From Selaginella moellendorffii (lineage: Eukaryota; Plantae; Lycopodiophyta), in contig NW_003314268.1 in assembly GCF_000143415.4 (NCBI RefSeq), positions 2,434,494 to 2,498,493 of the forward strand: a stretch of 64,000 nucleotides of DNA, in the 5' to 3' direction. Shown piece by piece: positions 36,438-50,572 of this stretch. The first letter of the stretch is position 1; each line of letters begins with the position of its first letter. The translations under genes were made by a program, and so were the position numbers. Below the pieces are notes generated by a model. That model searched no databases. It was not told where the DNA came from and saw only the letters and a program-made list of their open reading frames with translations.

Positions 36438-39400
36438 CCACTGAACGAACGAATGGTGCCAAACTCTCAAGTATGGAGCCAAGGAGTGATGGAACCGAAC
36501 CACGGAGCAACTCCCGAGCATACAGCCCAAGGAGCGAAGGGACAGGGGCCCGGAGCGACTTGGAACAGTCCTAGAGCAACCAGCATCCCAATACCAGGAC
36601 CAGCATGCAAAACGGAGCCAAACGAAGTCTCTGGCGCTATTTCGGCATACCGGTGGCCTAACGCGAGGACATGGGTACTCCACCAGCTAGCATGGAATGG
36701 AACTTGGGCTTAGACCCAAGCCGGACGCAGAACAAGGACAGGCACACAAGCGGGAGCTAGACTATGCCTCAGGTTGGTCGGCCATGCCCAACCTACCCAC
36801 TATCCCTACTATACATTTGGAACCCCCTATAGAGCCCCCCCCCCACCCCCCCCTTCTTGAGGAACACACGCTTTGGGCTTTCACCCCAAGCCTCCCTTGG
36901 TATCAGGAGTTAGTCTCAGGGACAAACTCAAAACTTACTAAATATGGAATGTCCTTAGATTGCGAATTTGGACACGGGATGAACACCATTGTGTTCAGGT
37001 TGATCTCTACATTCCGTAGATATGCCAAATGAGCAAATCTGGACACTTTCCATAAATAGCATTTGGGACCGAAATGAGACTAACACAAAGGGCATGATAG
37101 CGAGGGTGTTTGGCAGACACGGTAAGCTATCATCCAGTGATATTGAGGGACTAATCTCAATACGCGAGAGTTCTTGCCAAGCCAATGCAAGACAGAGCAA
37201 AAGAGAACTAAGAGCCAGGCCGAGAATGCTCAGCTAGAAACACATAGGAGTTCCTACCTTATGTTCATCTGGCTAAGTATAGATGCTAAGCCCAGTAAGC
37301 TAGCACTTGGACAAGAGGAGCTAATAAAGGGAACCAGCAATACCGAGCTCCTGCCATCGCGGCAGTAAGGTAAGAGTGTCCATAAGGACTAGCCGACAGG
37401 TAACTTTCGATACCCGAAGTCACATTTGCGACAATAGTGGCAGACATAGATGATCATACAAAAGTTATATGTGTACAATCTTTTTTCATTGATCATGCCA
37501 AAACTTGGTGGTGCTAGGTGTGCACTAAAGGGCATACTAGAAGTTGGACTAAGATGCAATCTCATATTTATAAGGAATACTTGCCCGACAATCTTGGTCT
37601 GAGACTTCGTGTGGAACTGTGGTAGTTAAAGCAGTGTGGGGACTTTATGCATTACGTTAATGCGTTTGCTCAGAAGCACATTATGATTGCAAATATGAGT
37701 GACAAAGATGCTCAAAGTTATTCTTTGGAAGGTTTAAATTCACTATCTCATAATGAAATTTTGAAGTTTAAGTTGGAGACATACCTAGAATGTAAGGAGG
37801 TAGCATAGCAAGTTGCCTTCAATCACTCACTCATGGAATAGTATTAGCAGCCATATGCTAGTACCTTGGACAAGAATAAAAACTTTGGGAATAAACAAAG
37901 TAATCGAAAATAAAGTGTGGAAAGAAAGTTTCGCCATAGAGGCTCACAAACAACGGTTAACAAAGGTAGTGGTTGGTAACCACTAATAGCTTCTTTTAGT
38001 CCTAAGCCCTTTGTTCCTTCTCTTGGTGGGTACAAATAGTAGTAACCTACAAAACCTAGTCCTAGTGAAACAAGTAGTGTGGGCTATTGCTTCTATTATG
38101 GAGAGGTAGAACATAAATCCTCAGAATGTCCTAATAAGTATAGACAAAATTTTGTATTAATGTCATGAAAAATGATAGTGGTGGTGGAGCTAAAAGGGTT
38201 GACGAGCTAGTCAATGTAGACTATAAGGAAGAGGAGGTGAATTACTTATGTTACTTTCTTCAAGCTTTTCTCACAGTAAATACAAACACTGATCTGTTGA
38301 TATATCTAATAAGCTTTGTCTGCGGACACTAAATCTGAGTGATTGACATGGGAGCTATGCACAACATGATATCCAAAGACTTACTTAAGTTGTTAGGATT
38401 GAAAGCCAAGCAAATGTTACCTATACACTTCCGGTTAATGAAAGCTGGGCAAATAGCCAGAAGATTTATGAGTGATATTCCAATAAAAATATCCAAGTTG
38501 AGAAAAAAATTAGACATAGTAGTGTTGAAGATACCAAATTTTCAGATGGTGTTTGGTATGGATTTCTTCAAAGGGATTTATAGTGCTAGATAAAGTCGTG
38601 TCACATTGAGGTCAAAAGGACATTCTTATGTGTCTTTCCAATTGCAAAAATAAATACTTCTCAAAAGATTGGGATGCTAAGTTCATGACTACGAGAGCCG
38701 CTCAAAAAGCAACTAAGAAGGGATGTCAAACTTTTTGTGTTTAAATGATGAACGATAAGAGTGATGGTGACTCAGTTTGAATTGGTGATAGGGTTGATTT
38801 TGTAACAAAGGAAATATTGGAGTTATTAGTGTGGAATCAAGATATCTTTTTGGAGGATTTACCACAAGGGCTAACTCCTAACCATGAGGTTGATCTTCAG
38901 ATTGAGATTATTTTGAGTTGTAAACCACCTATAAAGGCTTTGTATTGTTTGAATATCAAGAAGATAACTAAACTCAAAAAGTAACTCACGGAGCCTCTTG
39001 ACAAAGGTCATATCTAGCCAAATACGTCACCTTATAAAGCATAGGTCTTTTTTCTTATAAAAAAAGATAGTACCATGAGGATGTGTATCAATTTTCAGGC
39101 TTTCAAAAAGATTACGGTTAGAAACAGATATTCTTTGCTTTGCATTAATGACTTTTTTGACTAACTTTTAAAAGCCAAGTATTTTATGCAACTTGATTTG
39201 CAATCTGGGTATCATCATATATTACATAGCATAATGAGGAACTCATAAAATCTATATCAAGTCTTAAAGGCTATCTTCTCCACATCTTGATTTGCCACCT
39301 ATGTCCTGGCTACATTCAGTATAATGATGGATTAAATATTTGGAGATTATATGGACACATTTGTTGTTTTATATATCAATAATATTTTAATTTATAGTGA

Positions 39401-41490
39401 AACATTGAAGGATCATTTGAAACACTTGGAGCTGGTATTTTAGAAGTTGTATGAACACAAACTATATGCTAAGAAAAGTAAATGCACTTTTGGACAATAG
39501 TGCATGAGTTTTTTTGGGTATATAGTTGGTGGTGGAGTAATTAAGGTAGATCCAAAGAAGGTGGAAGTGGTGAAATCTTAGGAAGTTCTGACCACTATAT
39601 CAAATGTTCATTCTTTTCTTGGTTTGGCGGGATACTATTGCAATTTTGTTCACAATTTTGCAAATATTGCTCTTCTATTGACTGAGTTAACAAAGGGTAA
39701 TATACCATTTTATTAAACACCAGTTTATTAGCATGCTTTTGTATGGTTGAAGGAGATCTTAATTACAATTCCTGTTCTCAAGATCCCAAATCTTGATAAA
39801 CCTTTTGAAGTGCATTGTGATGCATCTGGTTGTGCTATAAATGCCATGTTGTAGCAAGATATTGATAATGTGGTTGGTGTTATGCTAAGGTGACATGGTT
39901 GTCCCATTGTATTTTATTCCAAGAAGTTGGATGGGAACCAACAAAGATGGCCTACTCATAAAAAAGAGATGTTTGCTATAGTGTTGGCATTGGAATATTG
40001 AAGACATTATTTGGGTGGATATACCAAGGTTTATACAAATAGTAACACATTAAGCTACTTTGCTATATAGCCAAAACTTACATTGAAGCATGTTTATTAG
40101 CAAGAGAAGCTCATTAGATTTGATATTGAAATCATTTATAAACCTAGTAAAAACAATATTGTTCTAGATGCATTAAGTCGTCAAGCTCAATTTCCAACAA
40201 TGTTGCTATTAGTTTAGACTGGTTTGAGGATGTTTGGGCTTCATATGAAAATAATTTGTTCAAGAAGGCAATCTTGTACTATGTGGAGTTATCGAAGCAG
40301 GACCCTAGTAGCGAAGCATCAAAAGTTGCTAGTTGTGCTAATGCAAAGCTTCACTTCTCAGTTTGAAATAAGTTTATTTACTATAAGCAAGAAATATTAT
40401 ATCTTCCCTCCAAGGATTTGTGGTAGTTTTTTCTGTGGGAACATCATGATGTTTCGACAATGGGATATTTTGGAAAATGAAAGACTCTTACTTCATTGAA
40501 AAAGAGATTTTTTTGGTCTAGTATGGAAGGGGATGTAGTGAATTATGTCTGTTATGCTAGTAATATGACCAAAGAACTGGGAAGCTAGCTGGAAAGTTGT
40601 AATGCATTCCAACACCGGTATAGCTATTTTAGAGTGTGACAATTGACGTAGTCACTTGCTTGCTGAAGTCCAAAGGTTAGAACTAACAAGACTTATATGG
40701 AGCAACTATGTGAAGGTTGGTCTTGAGCTACTAAGACAATGGGCAAAGCTCAAGATAGGTATTGACATGATAAAGATCAATATTGTCAGGATGTATCCTA
40801 TCAAATGGGAGATCAAGTGTGAGTATCTTCCTGAAACTTGAATGTTAAAGGGTTTTTATCTTGGAAACTATTACCAAGATATATTGGGCCCAACAACAAG
40901 GACTAACACTTTGGACATTGGTTTTGGTACAAAAATTTGTTAAGGAACCCCATAAGCATTCCTTTATAACATCTTATATGGAAAACAACCAATAGCATTG
41001 TAAAATATGTTGTTATAGTATATTTCTATTATGTCTAAATGCTCAACCCAGTCACATTGGTCTACCATGACATAATATCACAGATAATCCTCAACTTGAG
41101 CATTCACATGTTTGGATTGCCCATTAGTTTGAGGATGATAAGTTATACTAAACTTCAACTTAGTACCAATTAACTGGAATAGTGTGCCCTAAAACTTCCT
41201 CATAAATCTCGAATCTCTATGTGAGATCATCTCTTTAGGAAAACCTCAAACCCATATTACTTGAAGGAAAAAAAGCTTTGTTACATGCTTTGCATTCACT
41301 GTTTCCACAATTAGAATGAAGTGTGCTACCCTCCTCCTTGCATTAGGCCACTAGTATACCAAAATTATGCTAAATACTATTTAATACTGTTTTACATGCA
41401 AATGTTGGATATGGGGAGCTACTGTTCGTAGAATTGAAAGTGTATCTTGTTTTCGGGCTTGGAGTTTGACTCCAAATTCAAATGTGTTAT
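35147..41490 (+). mobile_element. Element D: decayed Ty3/gypsy (chromovirus-like) gag-pol with LTRs related to family B
   Basis: LTR piece 35147-35750 then decayed Met PBS TAGTATCAAA. Gag ~35930-38140, protease (DMGAMHNMI ~38345), RT (MRMCINFQ ~39075, LDLQSGYH ~39193), RNase H (HCDASG ~39813). The integrase core is inverted at ~40900-41328. 3' LTR piece 41328-41490. Confidence 0.8.
36279..37433 (-). mobile_element. Family B solo LTR in the gag of element D
   Basis: TGTAG..CGACA termini; perfect TSD ATAGT. Confidence 0.95.
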
Positions 41491-42101
41491 ATTGAGTCCC
41501 AACCTTCTAATGTTTGGGTTTGAGTCCCAACTTACTAAGGCATGGTAATTGTTTGGAATATAAGGATACTCATTTTTGGCAATCATGGACTCTTGCTAAA
41601 GAAGTTGGCTTAGGCATAGTGCCAAGCAAGGGATGCCCTAAAGTCATGATGCATAATTAAAGTGTTTAGTGTGAAAGCTCAATATATCTAACTTGAACAC
41701 AAATAACACTAAGGACATGATGAATGAGATAGGGATATCCAATCTTAGTTGCTATGGCCGAAAGGGATAACTCAAGCACACTACCAAGTGTGGGGGATGC
41801 CTCTAGGGTCATGATCAACAGCTTAAAGGTCTGGCAAACCTAATATTTATTGGTAGACATGTTAATATATTAACATAAGATCACTAAGTGATCTTATAGC
41901 TAAACAAAGATAAACTTCTTGCTAAATTAAAGAATAACTTTTCTAGTTCAAAGTGTTGATTTGAACTATTAATAATGGTGTGATTTGGTCAAGGTGACCA
42001 AATGGAAAAGTATGTAGGTGAAATAAATTGTGATAATACAATGGTATTATGAGCCTAAAAAAAGTAGTCTCTAAAGAAGGACCCAAATCAGGGTCACAAA
42101 A

Positions 42102-45100
42102 AAGAATGATTAGTGTGTTAGGGTGTGGAGGGGTGTAGTGTTAAGGTGTGTCCAATGCTATGGCTGTTGTGACCAAAGGCATAGCCAAAGGAGGAAGAGT
42201 GCCAAGGGGAGAGCACCCAATCTCCTTGCACTTGCTACCATTGGTAGGGGCATCCATTGCGAGTTTTAGGGAAAAATCATTCTATCTTATTCTCTGCTTT
42301 ATTTCATTTTCTTGTGCCTAAGATGTACCCAAGCAGATCATTGGGCAAAGGAAGATCTTAAGGCCAGCCCATTACATTGGGACAAGGGACAATAGGGCGT
42401 GGTCTCAGCATTTGTTTACCCTAGGGTTGGTTGATCAAAGGGCAAGCAACAAGCCATAAAGCCCCAATGGGCACGAAGCAGCAACCTCTTGACTGCCCAG
42501 ACAATACAAGGCTTAGTACAAACAACATAGCAGTGTCTTGTTTAATAGAGAAGTTCAAGAGTTGGAGCAATCCTACGAGTCAGATAGTGAGGAGTATGAG
42601 GCACGAGTGCTAGAAGATCTCAATGAGGAAGTCTAGAGAGGGACAGGAGATGTTGATTCGAGCAAAGGAGGCTCTCAAGCTCCTAAACAGGATGGAAGCA
42701 CCTAGCACACCCAAAATAAAGGAATCACAAGAGGTTGTTGGGTGTGTCCTAGCCAGCTTGTCTCAGCCAAAGGGACATTACAAGGCCAATAGAGCCAAAA
42801 CCAGGGAGGATTCACAATCCACCATAGACTCAACTTGGATGGATATGCAAAAGGACAAAGCAGAGGGAATGCTAAGCCCTAGTTGGACAAGAAACTTGGG
42901 AGTGTTGGCCAAGAAGGTATGGGCAAAAAGAGGATGCCGTGAGAAGGTTTGCAAGGTTGGGCAAGCTGGAATAGAACTCAGGGCTTAGTTTAGTGGTTCG
43001 AATGGAAATTGGTATGGTGGAACAACACCAGCTGTTGGGGGACACAATTCTACTGAGAAGCCTTCCAATTGGTTGCTAAAGTGGTGGAGGCCAAGAAGAC
43101 ATTGGACAAGGCAAAAATGCAAAGTCAAGAGGACATGGTGGCCACCTGGGATGGATAGGCAAAGGTCATCCAAGGGGAGACACTAGTGCAAAAAGTTAGA
43201 AACAAGCCTCTCACAGTGTTGTATGAGGAATAGAAGAAAGAAATCCAATGAATGAGAAAGGAGGCCCAAAACAAACTCAAGAAGAGCAAATAGAAAAGAA
43301 GAAAGAATGCAAGGTGGCAAGGAGAAAGTTGAAGGCGTGGAACAAAGAACAAGAAATGACAAAATGGGCAAAAGCAATGGAAAAATTCCTACAACAAGAG
43401 GATTCACTGGCTAAAGAGAGGGGAATAGCATCTACGAAGGATACCAAGACAAGTGGGAAGGGACTTGGTGACATGGCTGGAAGTGAGGAAGCTGAGAGCC
43501 CCAAAATATAGTCAAGAAGGAGAAGGGAAGCAACATCAAGTGATGCCAAGCTCAAAGGCCTTGAAGACTCCAAGGCTCAGGATACTTGGACAATGCAGAA
43601 CCATGAGGTGGTTACGCTCAGGAGTGGAGCTCCACCCAAGGGTCTAGAGATGAAGAAGAATGTGCAGGTCCCATGGAGCACAGCAGCAAAACCAAACCAG
43701 TGCAACTGTGGGAGCAATTACAACAAGTAGTGGCGGCTAAGGAAGTAGAGCTGAAATGGAAAGAAGTTATTGTAGTGTTCCAAGGCAGATTCCCGACATG
43801 GTGCCTAGCTATCAATGAGCTCAATGCATCATTAATCCAGAGTCTACTCCTGCATGGTAAAGGGTGCTATATAGTTGTGTTTGAGGATGAGGAGTTGCGA
43901 AGACGGGCCGAGGAGTTGCATGGAGTGATTGATAGTCAATGGGCCATGTCATTTCACTCTTGGGTCCCAAGATTCACAGTGGATGAACAAGCATGACTGA
44001 AAGGAGGGAGCTTTCCCCTCAACATCACACTCTAGGACATACCGATGGAAATGAGATCACAAGAGGTGGTGAAAGAGCTGGTGGAAAATAGTATTGGAAT
44101 ATTGCCTCAGGGTTGGAGACAGTGGAAGTTGGTGGAGTTCTAGGCCCAATCAGACTTAATGTCTTCGTAGATTCTCCAATAGAGACCCCTATAGATGGGA
44201 CAGTATATTAGGGTCCATACAAAAGTCACAGGAAGAAAATGTAGTTTCTGCCAGAAATTGGGCCATCAAGAGATGATATGCACAACAAACCCACTCCAGG
44301 CTAACATTTTGAACTCCCAATGGAGGAAGAGAAGGTGTTGTTGCAATGAGAACTGCAATGAGAACGTTCTAGACTAGGGGGGTGGTATAGCTATTGTTGT
44401 CTCCACCAAGTGGTTAGCATAGATAAGGAAGCATGAAGTGTTGGTGCTGGGAAGAGCTCAGCTCCTAGTTCTCAACTTGCACTATGGGCGAGTGAGGATT
44501 ATCAACATCTACGCCCTAAACAACAGGCAAGCATGGGCCCTCTTCTGGGAGGAACTTCGATTGAAAGTAAGAGGCTAGGTAGAGCACTGGCTAATCTTAG
44601 GTGACTTCAACATGGTGGAAGATGCAAAGGACAGGTAGGGGCCAAAAGACCATTTAGGGCCAAGAACAACTGTAATGGCTTGCTTTGGCAGAACAGTGTA
44701 GAGGATGGTGCTGGTGGCCAAGGACACCAGAAAGTGGCAGGCTGTTCTAGAACAGAGGGAAGTAGAGCTTCAGAAGAAAGAATTTGCAGTGTGGAGTTCC
44801 AAAATTTGCATACAGGAGGACTCATGGGCAGTAAAGGCATTCACCAAGTCACAAAGGCATTTTCCCAGTCATAGACTTGCCACCAATTCTTAGTCTTAAG
44901 GCAAAGGATGGAAAGATAGGAGAAGATCAGTATAGCATGCAAACATTCTACCAACGGTTGTACATGGTGCAACCAATATCTCCAATAAGAGAACAGGTAG
45001 CAAGGTGGTGTTGGAAACACTGACACATAGAGTCTTACAAGAATAGAATGAGTCACTTTTGATAGACCTCACAAGGGAGGATCTTCATAAGGCCTTGGAC

Positions 45101-48100
45101 AAACTAAGCAATGACAAAATTCTTGGGATAGATGGGCTGCTCCCAAGATTCTTCCAGGACAATTGGGAGGTGGTTAGCCCTCTGCTGCTAGAAATATGGA
45201 AGAAACCACAATGAAAAGGACATCTTTCAAAGGAGATACTGGAAGGCCAGATCATACTGCTCCTGAAGAGAGGGGATCTCTAGGAACTACGAAACTAGAG
45301 ACCAATAATGGCATACAAAGCCTATGCCAAGGCAATGGTGCTCAAACTGTAGCAAGTAATGCCCATCATTATCCGGGAACAACAGACAGATTTGTTCTAG
45401 AGAGGCAGATCTCAAAGAACATTTGAACCTATCTTTTGGCCCAAAGGTGGGCAAAGATCTCAAAATAGAACACTATGGCGTGGTTGTTAAACTTTGAAAA
45501 AGCATATGATTGGGTGGATTGGGAGTTTCTAGAGGACTATATGAGGTAGATAGGAATCCCAACACACATGGTAGCACACATCTCTCTCCTCTACCGAGGT
45601 GCCTCAAGTAGATTGGTTATTAATGGTGAAATAAGCTTGAGTTTTCGACTAGGGAGGTCAGTGCGACAAGGCTGCTTGTTGGCTCCCTACCTCTTCCTTG
45701 TAGTTGCGAAGGCACTGGGAGCATTCTTGGCCGAAGGGGAAGAAATCAAGGGTGTGGAGCTACCCAAAAAAAGGCAACAACTCCCAAGAACACAAGCAGT
45801 TAGAAGGGACTTGCTGGATGGTGCTTTTGCTGATAACATGGCACTTTTTCTACTAGGAACCAAGGTGAACCTAAATGCTGCAAGAGCTAGGCTAGAGACT
45901 TTCAACATAGCAGCAAGAGTAGCCATCAATTGGAACAAGTCGGTAGGGATCAACTGGGGTTGCCCTAGCATCGAGGAGTGAGGACGCGATATTGGCTTCC
46001 AGTGGTTGCCACCAAGTGGAGATACACAGTACTTGGGAATTCAGGTAAGATATGAGTTTAAAGCATCTATGTAGGACTCAACATTGCTGCAGAGGATTAG
46101 GACAGCAATCCAAAAATTGGCTCTATGGAAACTGGGACTTCCGACTATAGTGGTTGTGGTGAAACGCATTGTGTTGCCATGCATGTGGTACCACCTCTGA
46201 ATATGGCTGGTTCTGGAGATAACAATCAAGCGTATAAGGTTGATGGTGTGTACATATGTGTGGAAAGGAGCACTAGTCAGTGATCAGACGATGGCAAAAG
46301 TGGTATGGCAGTCCACAATGAGGCCATAAGTTCTAGGAGGATTGGGGATAATAGACCCGAGTGATATAAGCAAGGCATTGAGGTACAAAGTCATACTAAT
46401 GGGCCTCCAACTGGGGGCCTAAGCTTGGAAACTTCTTTTCAGGTGGAGTATACTGGCAATTAGACCAAGACATGGATGCACAAGAGTTTGGGATGAAGAT
46501 CCTCAGTGGCTGTTTATAGAAGGGCAAACACAAGTAATAGGAGGAGGACAATTGATCTAGAGTCTACATCAACTCTGGAAGTCATTCCCATTGACGCTGG
46601 TCATCTCAATTACAGTAGAGGACTGGTTGAACCAGCCTCTCTTCTTCAACAAATTGTTTAAAGTAGGGGACCGAACACTAGGCCATGAGAACCACTACAC
46701 CATATGGAGGTGCATACATTAGGGAAGATTCAAGATGGTCAAGCAACTAGTTGGAGTGATAAACCCAGATCAACAAAATTCTTTCCAGCACTTCCAAGTC
46801 TTTGGGCTAGGGAAGTGGCAAAATGTTCAACTAGACCTACTAAGGTTACTGTGAGCAGTGATAGAGGCAAGAATTGTGAACAAGTGGCTGGCAAGAAGAC
46901 AACACACTAGGGATTTTATGGCAATCCAATTAGAGGAAACACCGGATGGGGAGCACTTTGCACAAGGAAGATGGACTTAGGCATTCACAACACCAACTCC
47001 GGCTTGGAATGAAGGGGAGACAAAGGTGTGGTTTGTGACGGATCCAAATCTAAACCTCGGCAGGCCTTTTTGAGTGGTGCAAGGGGATACACTTTGTTCA
47101 GTAGGCAATACACAAATGATGCTATAGGTCATGGGCGATGAAGTGAAAAGATGGATCTGAGTCTTGAAACAGTCAACAAGGTGATAGAATCACCATATTG
47201 GCTAGAAGGAAAGGATATCTAGTATGGNNNNNNNNNNNNNNNNNNNNNNNNNNNNNNNNNNNNNNNNNNNNNNNNNNNNNNNNNNNNNNNNNNNNNNNNN
47301 NNNNNNNNNNNNNNNNNNNNNNNNNNNGCATGGAGATGTGGAGCAAATGGATTTTTTATATATGAGGTCAAGGACATACGGAATGGACTAATGGTGAACA
47401 AGGAGTTTGAGAGAGAGGAAGTACCAAAACTTGGTAGAAATGGATTGCACTAGCAGTGGAAGTAGATTAAGTGATCAACAACATAGTGGCTTTCTGAAAA
47501 CTACCAATCTAGGAGAAATCAAAAGTCACTTCATGGCTCATAGCAACAGGAGGTTTGCCAATAGGATAGCAATTCCAAGCAAAGGAAGTCTACAAGTGCC
47601 CAAAATGTGGGGCATTGGAGACAATAGCACATCTCTAGGAGTGTGATGTGGCAAAGGAGACATGAAGATATATAGCAAAGGCAGCTAGGGAACTAGGGAG
47701 CAAGTAAGACTTTAAAATACGTGAAGGAGACATCATGCAATGGTTCCCAAAGGCAAGGGGCCATGCACAAGATTGGCTTGCCAAAGGATTGGTTGTTAGG
47801 GATGTTTAGAATGGGGCACCCAAGTCATATAGGATGTTGTAGGAGCCAAGGACATGACTATAGTATGGGAGGCCCTTGGAAAAACCAAATGGGGGATATG
47901 GCATACATCCGGGGTACAGGCACTTTGGGAAGCAAGGAACCACAACCACTTTGAAGGACAAAATGCTCGGATATTGGTGATCATGGCACATTGGTGGAGG
48001 CTCACATTGGTTGTTGTTTGTCTCAGGGATATGCTGCTCTAGGAGCATGGTAAAAGAGAGGTGCTAAAAGCTTGGTGACAACAATAAACCCTTTGCTACA

Positions 48101-48280
48101 GAGGAGAACATGTAGGAGGTATCAAATGGAAATAGAAACACTACTGCAGCAACCCTGGTTGAAGGGCAATGATCACCATTATGTAGGAGATAATAAAATG
48201 GATTTGTTGAGAGACACTATGAGTGATTTTTTTTTTGTACTAGTCCCTAAGGGATATTGAATAATGTACATTAATGTTAC
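42102..48280 (+). mobile_element. Near full-length decayed LINE (L1/Tx1-like)
   Basis: ORF1 CCHC knuckle (KCSFCQKLGHQEMIC ~44240). APE motifs GGGIAIVVS, IINIYA and LILGDFN (44377-44610). RT motifs FEKAYDWVDW, SVRQGCLLAPYLF and FADN (45490-45840); C-terminal Cys motif ~47595. Degenerate ~17 bp TSD CCAAATCAGGGTCACAA / CCAAATAAGGGTCATAA. Confidence 0.85.
47228..47327. other. Assembly gap (100 N)
   Basis: Run of N; true size unknown. Confidence 1.
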
Positions 48281-49155
48281 ACCAAATAAGGGTCATAAGA
48301 TTGGGTCGAGGATATAGCCCACAATAAAAAATGCTAAAAAAATTTACTAGGGGGAACCCTTTTTGGACCTGGTAAAGCAAAACTTTTGCTATAAAACCAA
48401 AAGGATACTTAAAAATGGAGGTACTGATCCTATGTTGCTTAGTGTAATAATCAAATGATAAAAACAAAAGATTAATGGCCACCAAGTATAGGTCTTACTA
48501 GTTATTGAAAGGAATCCAAAGTATTAATTAAGCAAGGAACCATCAGGTAATGAATACTAATGGATTGTGGGAAAGAAAATAAGTTTTCAAGTATAGGATT
48601 TTCAAATGTTCCAATTTGGTAAAGGTGAAAGTTCTAAGGGATGGAATAACAAGATAACCAAATGATAAGGCTATGGATAAATTAAGGATAGGTAGCTTAA
48701 TGTCTATGGTGGTACGAAATAAAAGAGAGGATGATGGTGCCCTTCAGTAAAGAACTTCTTAAAATGAGGAAATGGAGTTTGCACAACATGGGTAATTAAA
48801 GTGTTGGAGACACCTAAGAAATTAACTCAAGAAGTCAATATTAAAATTTAAAAGTATGATGGCTCTATTGCTAAAGGCCAAGACTACTCTAGAATGAGTA
48901 GTAAGATTGAAATAGAGAAGGTGCCTTTAATAGGTTTAATGAAAACTAAACAAATAAGAAGAAAAGACCACGATATATGATTTAATAAGACTTTAAATTG
49001 GAAAGACTCTCCTTAGAAGATAGGCAAGGCATGGTAAGCCTTTAGTGTTGAACCATTGACAAATATAAACTTGGTGCTATGGATGAAAATGATAAGATAC
49101 TTTATAAAATGGTTTATTGTTCAATAAAGACATCAACATCTATAGGTGGTGGAGT

Positions 49156-50572
49156 TGTAAGACACAAATCCCTAAGCCTCAAAGTGGAGTTAAAAGTGTG
49201 CCACATGGTAGTGGTTGAAGCAGAAGTCTAACAAGTGTAATACGTTTAGATCAAAAGCTCCGACTCAGAAAATCAAGAGCAAGAATGAAACTTTGAACAA
49301 AATGCTTGAGGAATGAACATGAAACAACTAATGAATGGGTCTTTAGAAAGGGACACAAAAAGGACTGCCATATGGCAAGTGCCATGACACATGAAAGTGT
49401 TGGGACTGAATCAAGATGGAGTTCAAGATAAAGTTTGAGAAGGAGTTCAAAAAGTAGTTTGAGGAGTCCGAGATGGAGTCCAAGAAAGAGTCTGAGATGG
49501 AGCCTGAGATCGAGTTTGAGATGGAGACTAAGATTAGGTCCGAAATGGAGACCAAGATCGAGTCCGAGATGGAGACTGATACCAAGACCGAGATCAAGAC
49601 CGAGACCGAGTGCAAGTAAGTGCATATAAAGGGTTCCAAAAGTATAGTAGGGAGAGTGTGGGGGTTGAACTCTAATAGAATTAATTTGGCCAAGAAAGGC
49701 TAGTGTGACCTAAGAAGGTTATACCCACATGTTGAGTATGATATAACCACTAAAAAGTCTAAGACTAAAGTGGATATAAACAAACAAACAAAGTAACTTA
49801 GTGAAGTATTCAAGAGGCAACTTTAGTTCCCTTGGGAGACGGAATAGTCGATGTTCCCAATCTAAGTGTGGGTGGCACTACCTACTTAGATATCTGGCAT
49901 AGCTCATTAGAACCTCATTCTAGCCACATAGCTAGGGCACCTAAGAACAGAAGGTGGGGAGTACCCACAAAGCTTATATAGGGTTATGGTGTTTCAAAAT
50001 GTTATCCCAAAGTCTTAAACTGTGGAAAGGAAAAGAAGTAGTCCTCTTGTATAGTGACCAAAGGCATAGTCACATAGTAAGAAAGTCTCAGAAGTCAATG
50101 GGACTTAATGGTTGTGCCTTTGGGCCATAACCCAATAGCAATGTTGGCAAACATGACCATAGATGAAGAAGGACTTGGTGGAGACTAAAGAAAAGATATT
50201 AGGAAATAGTGTTTTCTATGTCTCTGGGCATCCTAAGGATGCTAACATGTGATCTTGGGATGACCATTTATAAATAAATGGCTCAGCCTTTGCGAGATTA
50301 AATTATGGTACAAGTAGCTTTGGATTACTAATGAGACAAAGGTAAATGGACATAACTTTAGTGTAACAAGCTGATATATCAATGGCACCTAGGATTGGAT
50401 ATATAAAACACTTGGACTAAATGCAAAGCCTGAATGGTATAGATGTTATTCATGGTGGTAACATCTCCCCAAGTCAGGAAGAACACTTATGAAGGTTATG
50501 AGTGAGACTCCTCAAAGTGGTCAAAGGTGTGGTTAAATTACTAAAGTAGAATAGAAAATTTAGTTGCTTACA
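49156..50572 (+). repeat. Family A 3' LTR (older, AT-eroded)
   Basis: TGTAAG..CTTACA preceded by GGTGGTGGAG; collinear with the other A LTRs. Confidence 0.85.

Larger units (their letters stand above)
34853..50572 (+). mobile_element. Element A2: older family A copy with truncated 5' LTR, hosting element D and a LINE
   Basis: LTR start TGTGAGACA at 34853 (cut at ~35142). Interior 41491-42101 and 48281-49155 is homologous to 21093-22606. 3' LTR 49156-50572; degenerate TSD GTATC/CTATT. Confidence 0.75.
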
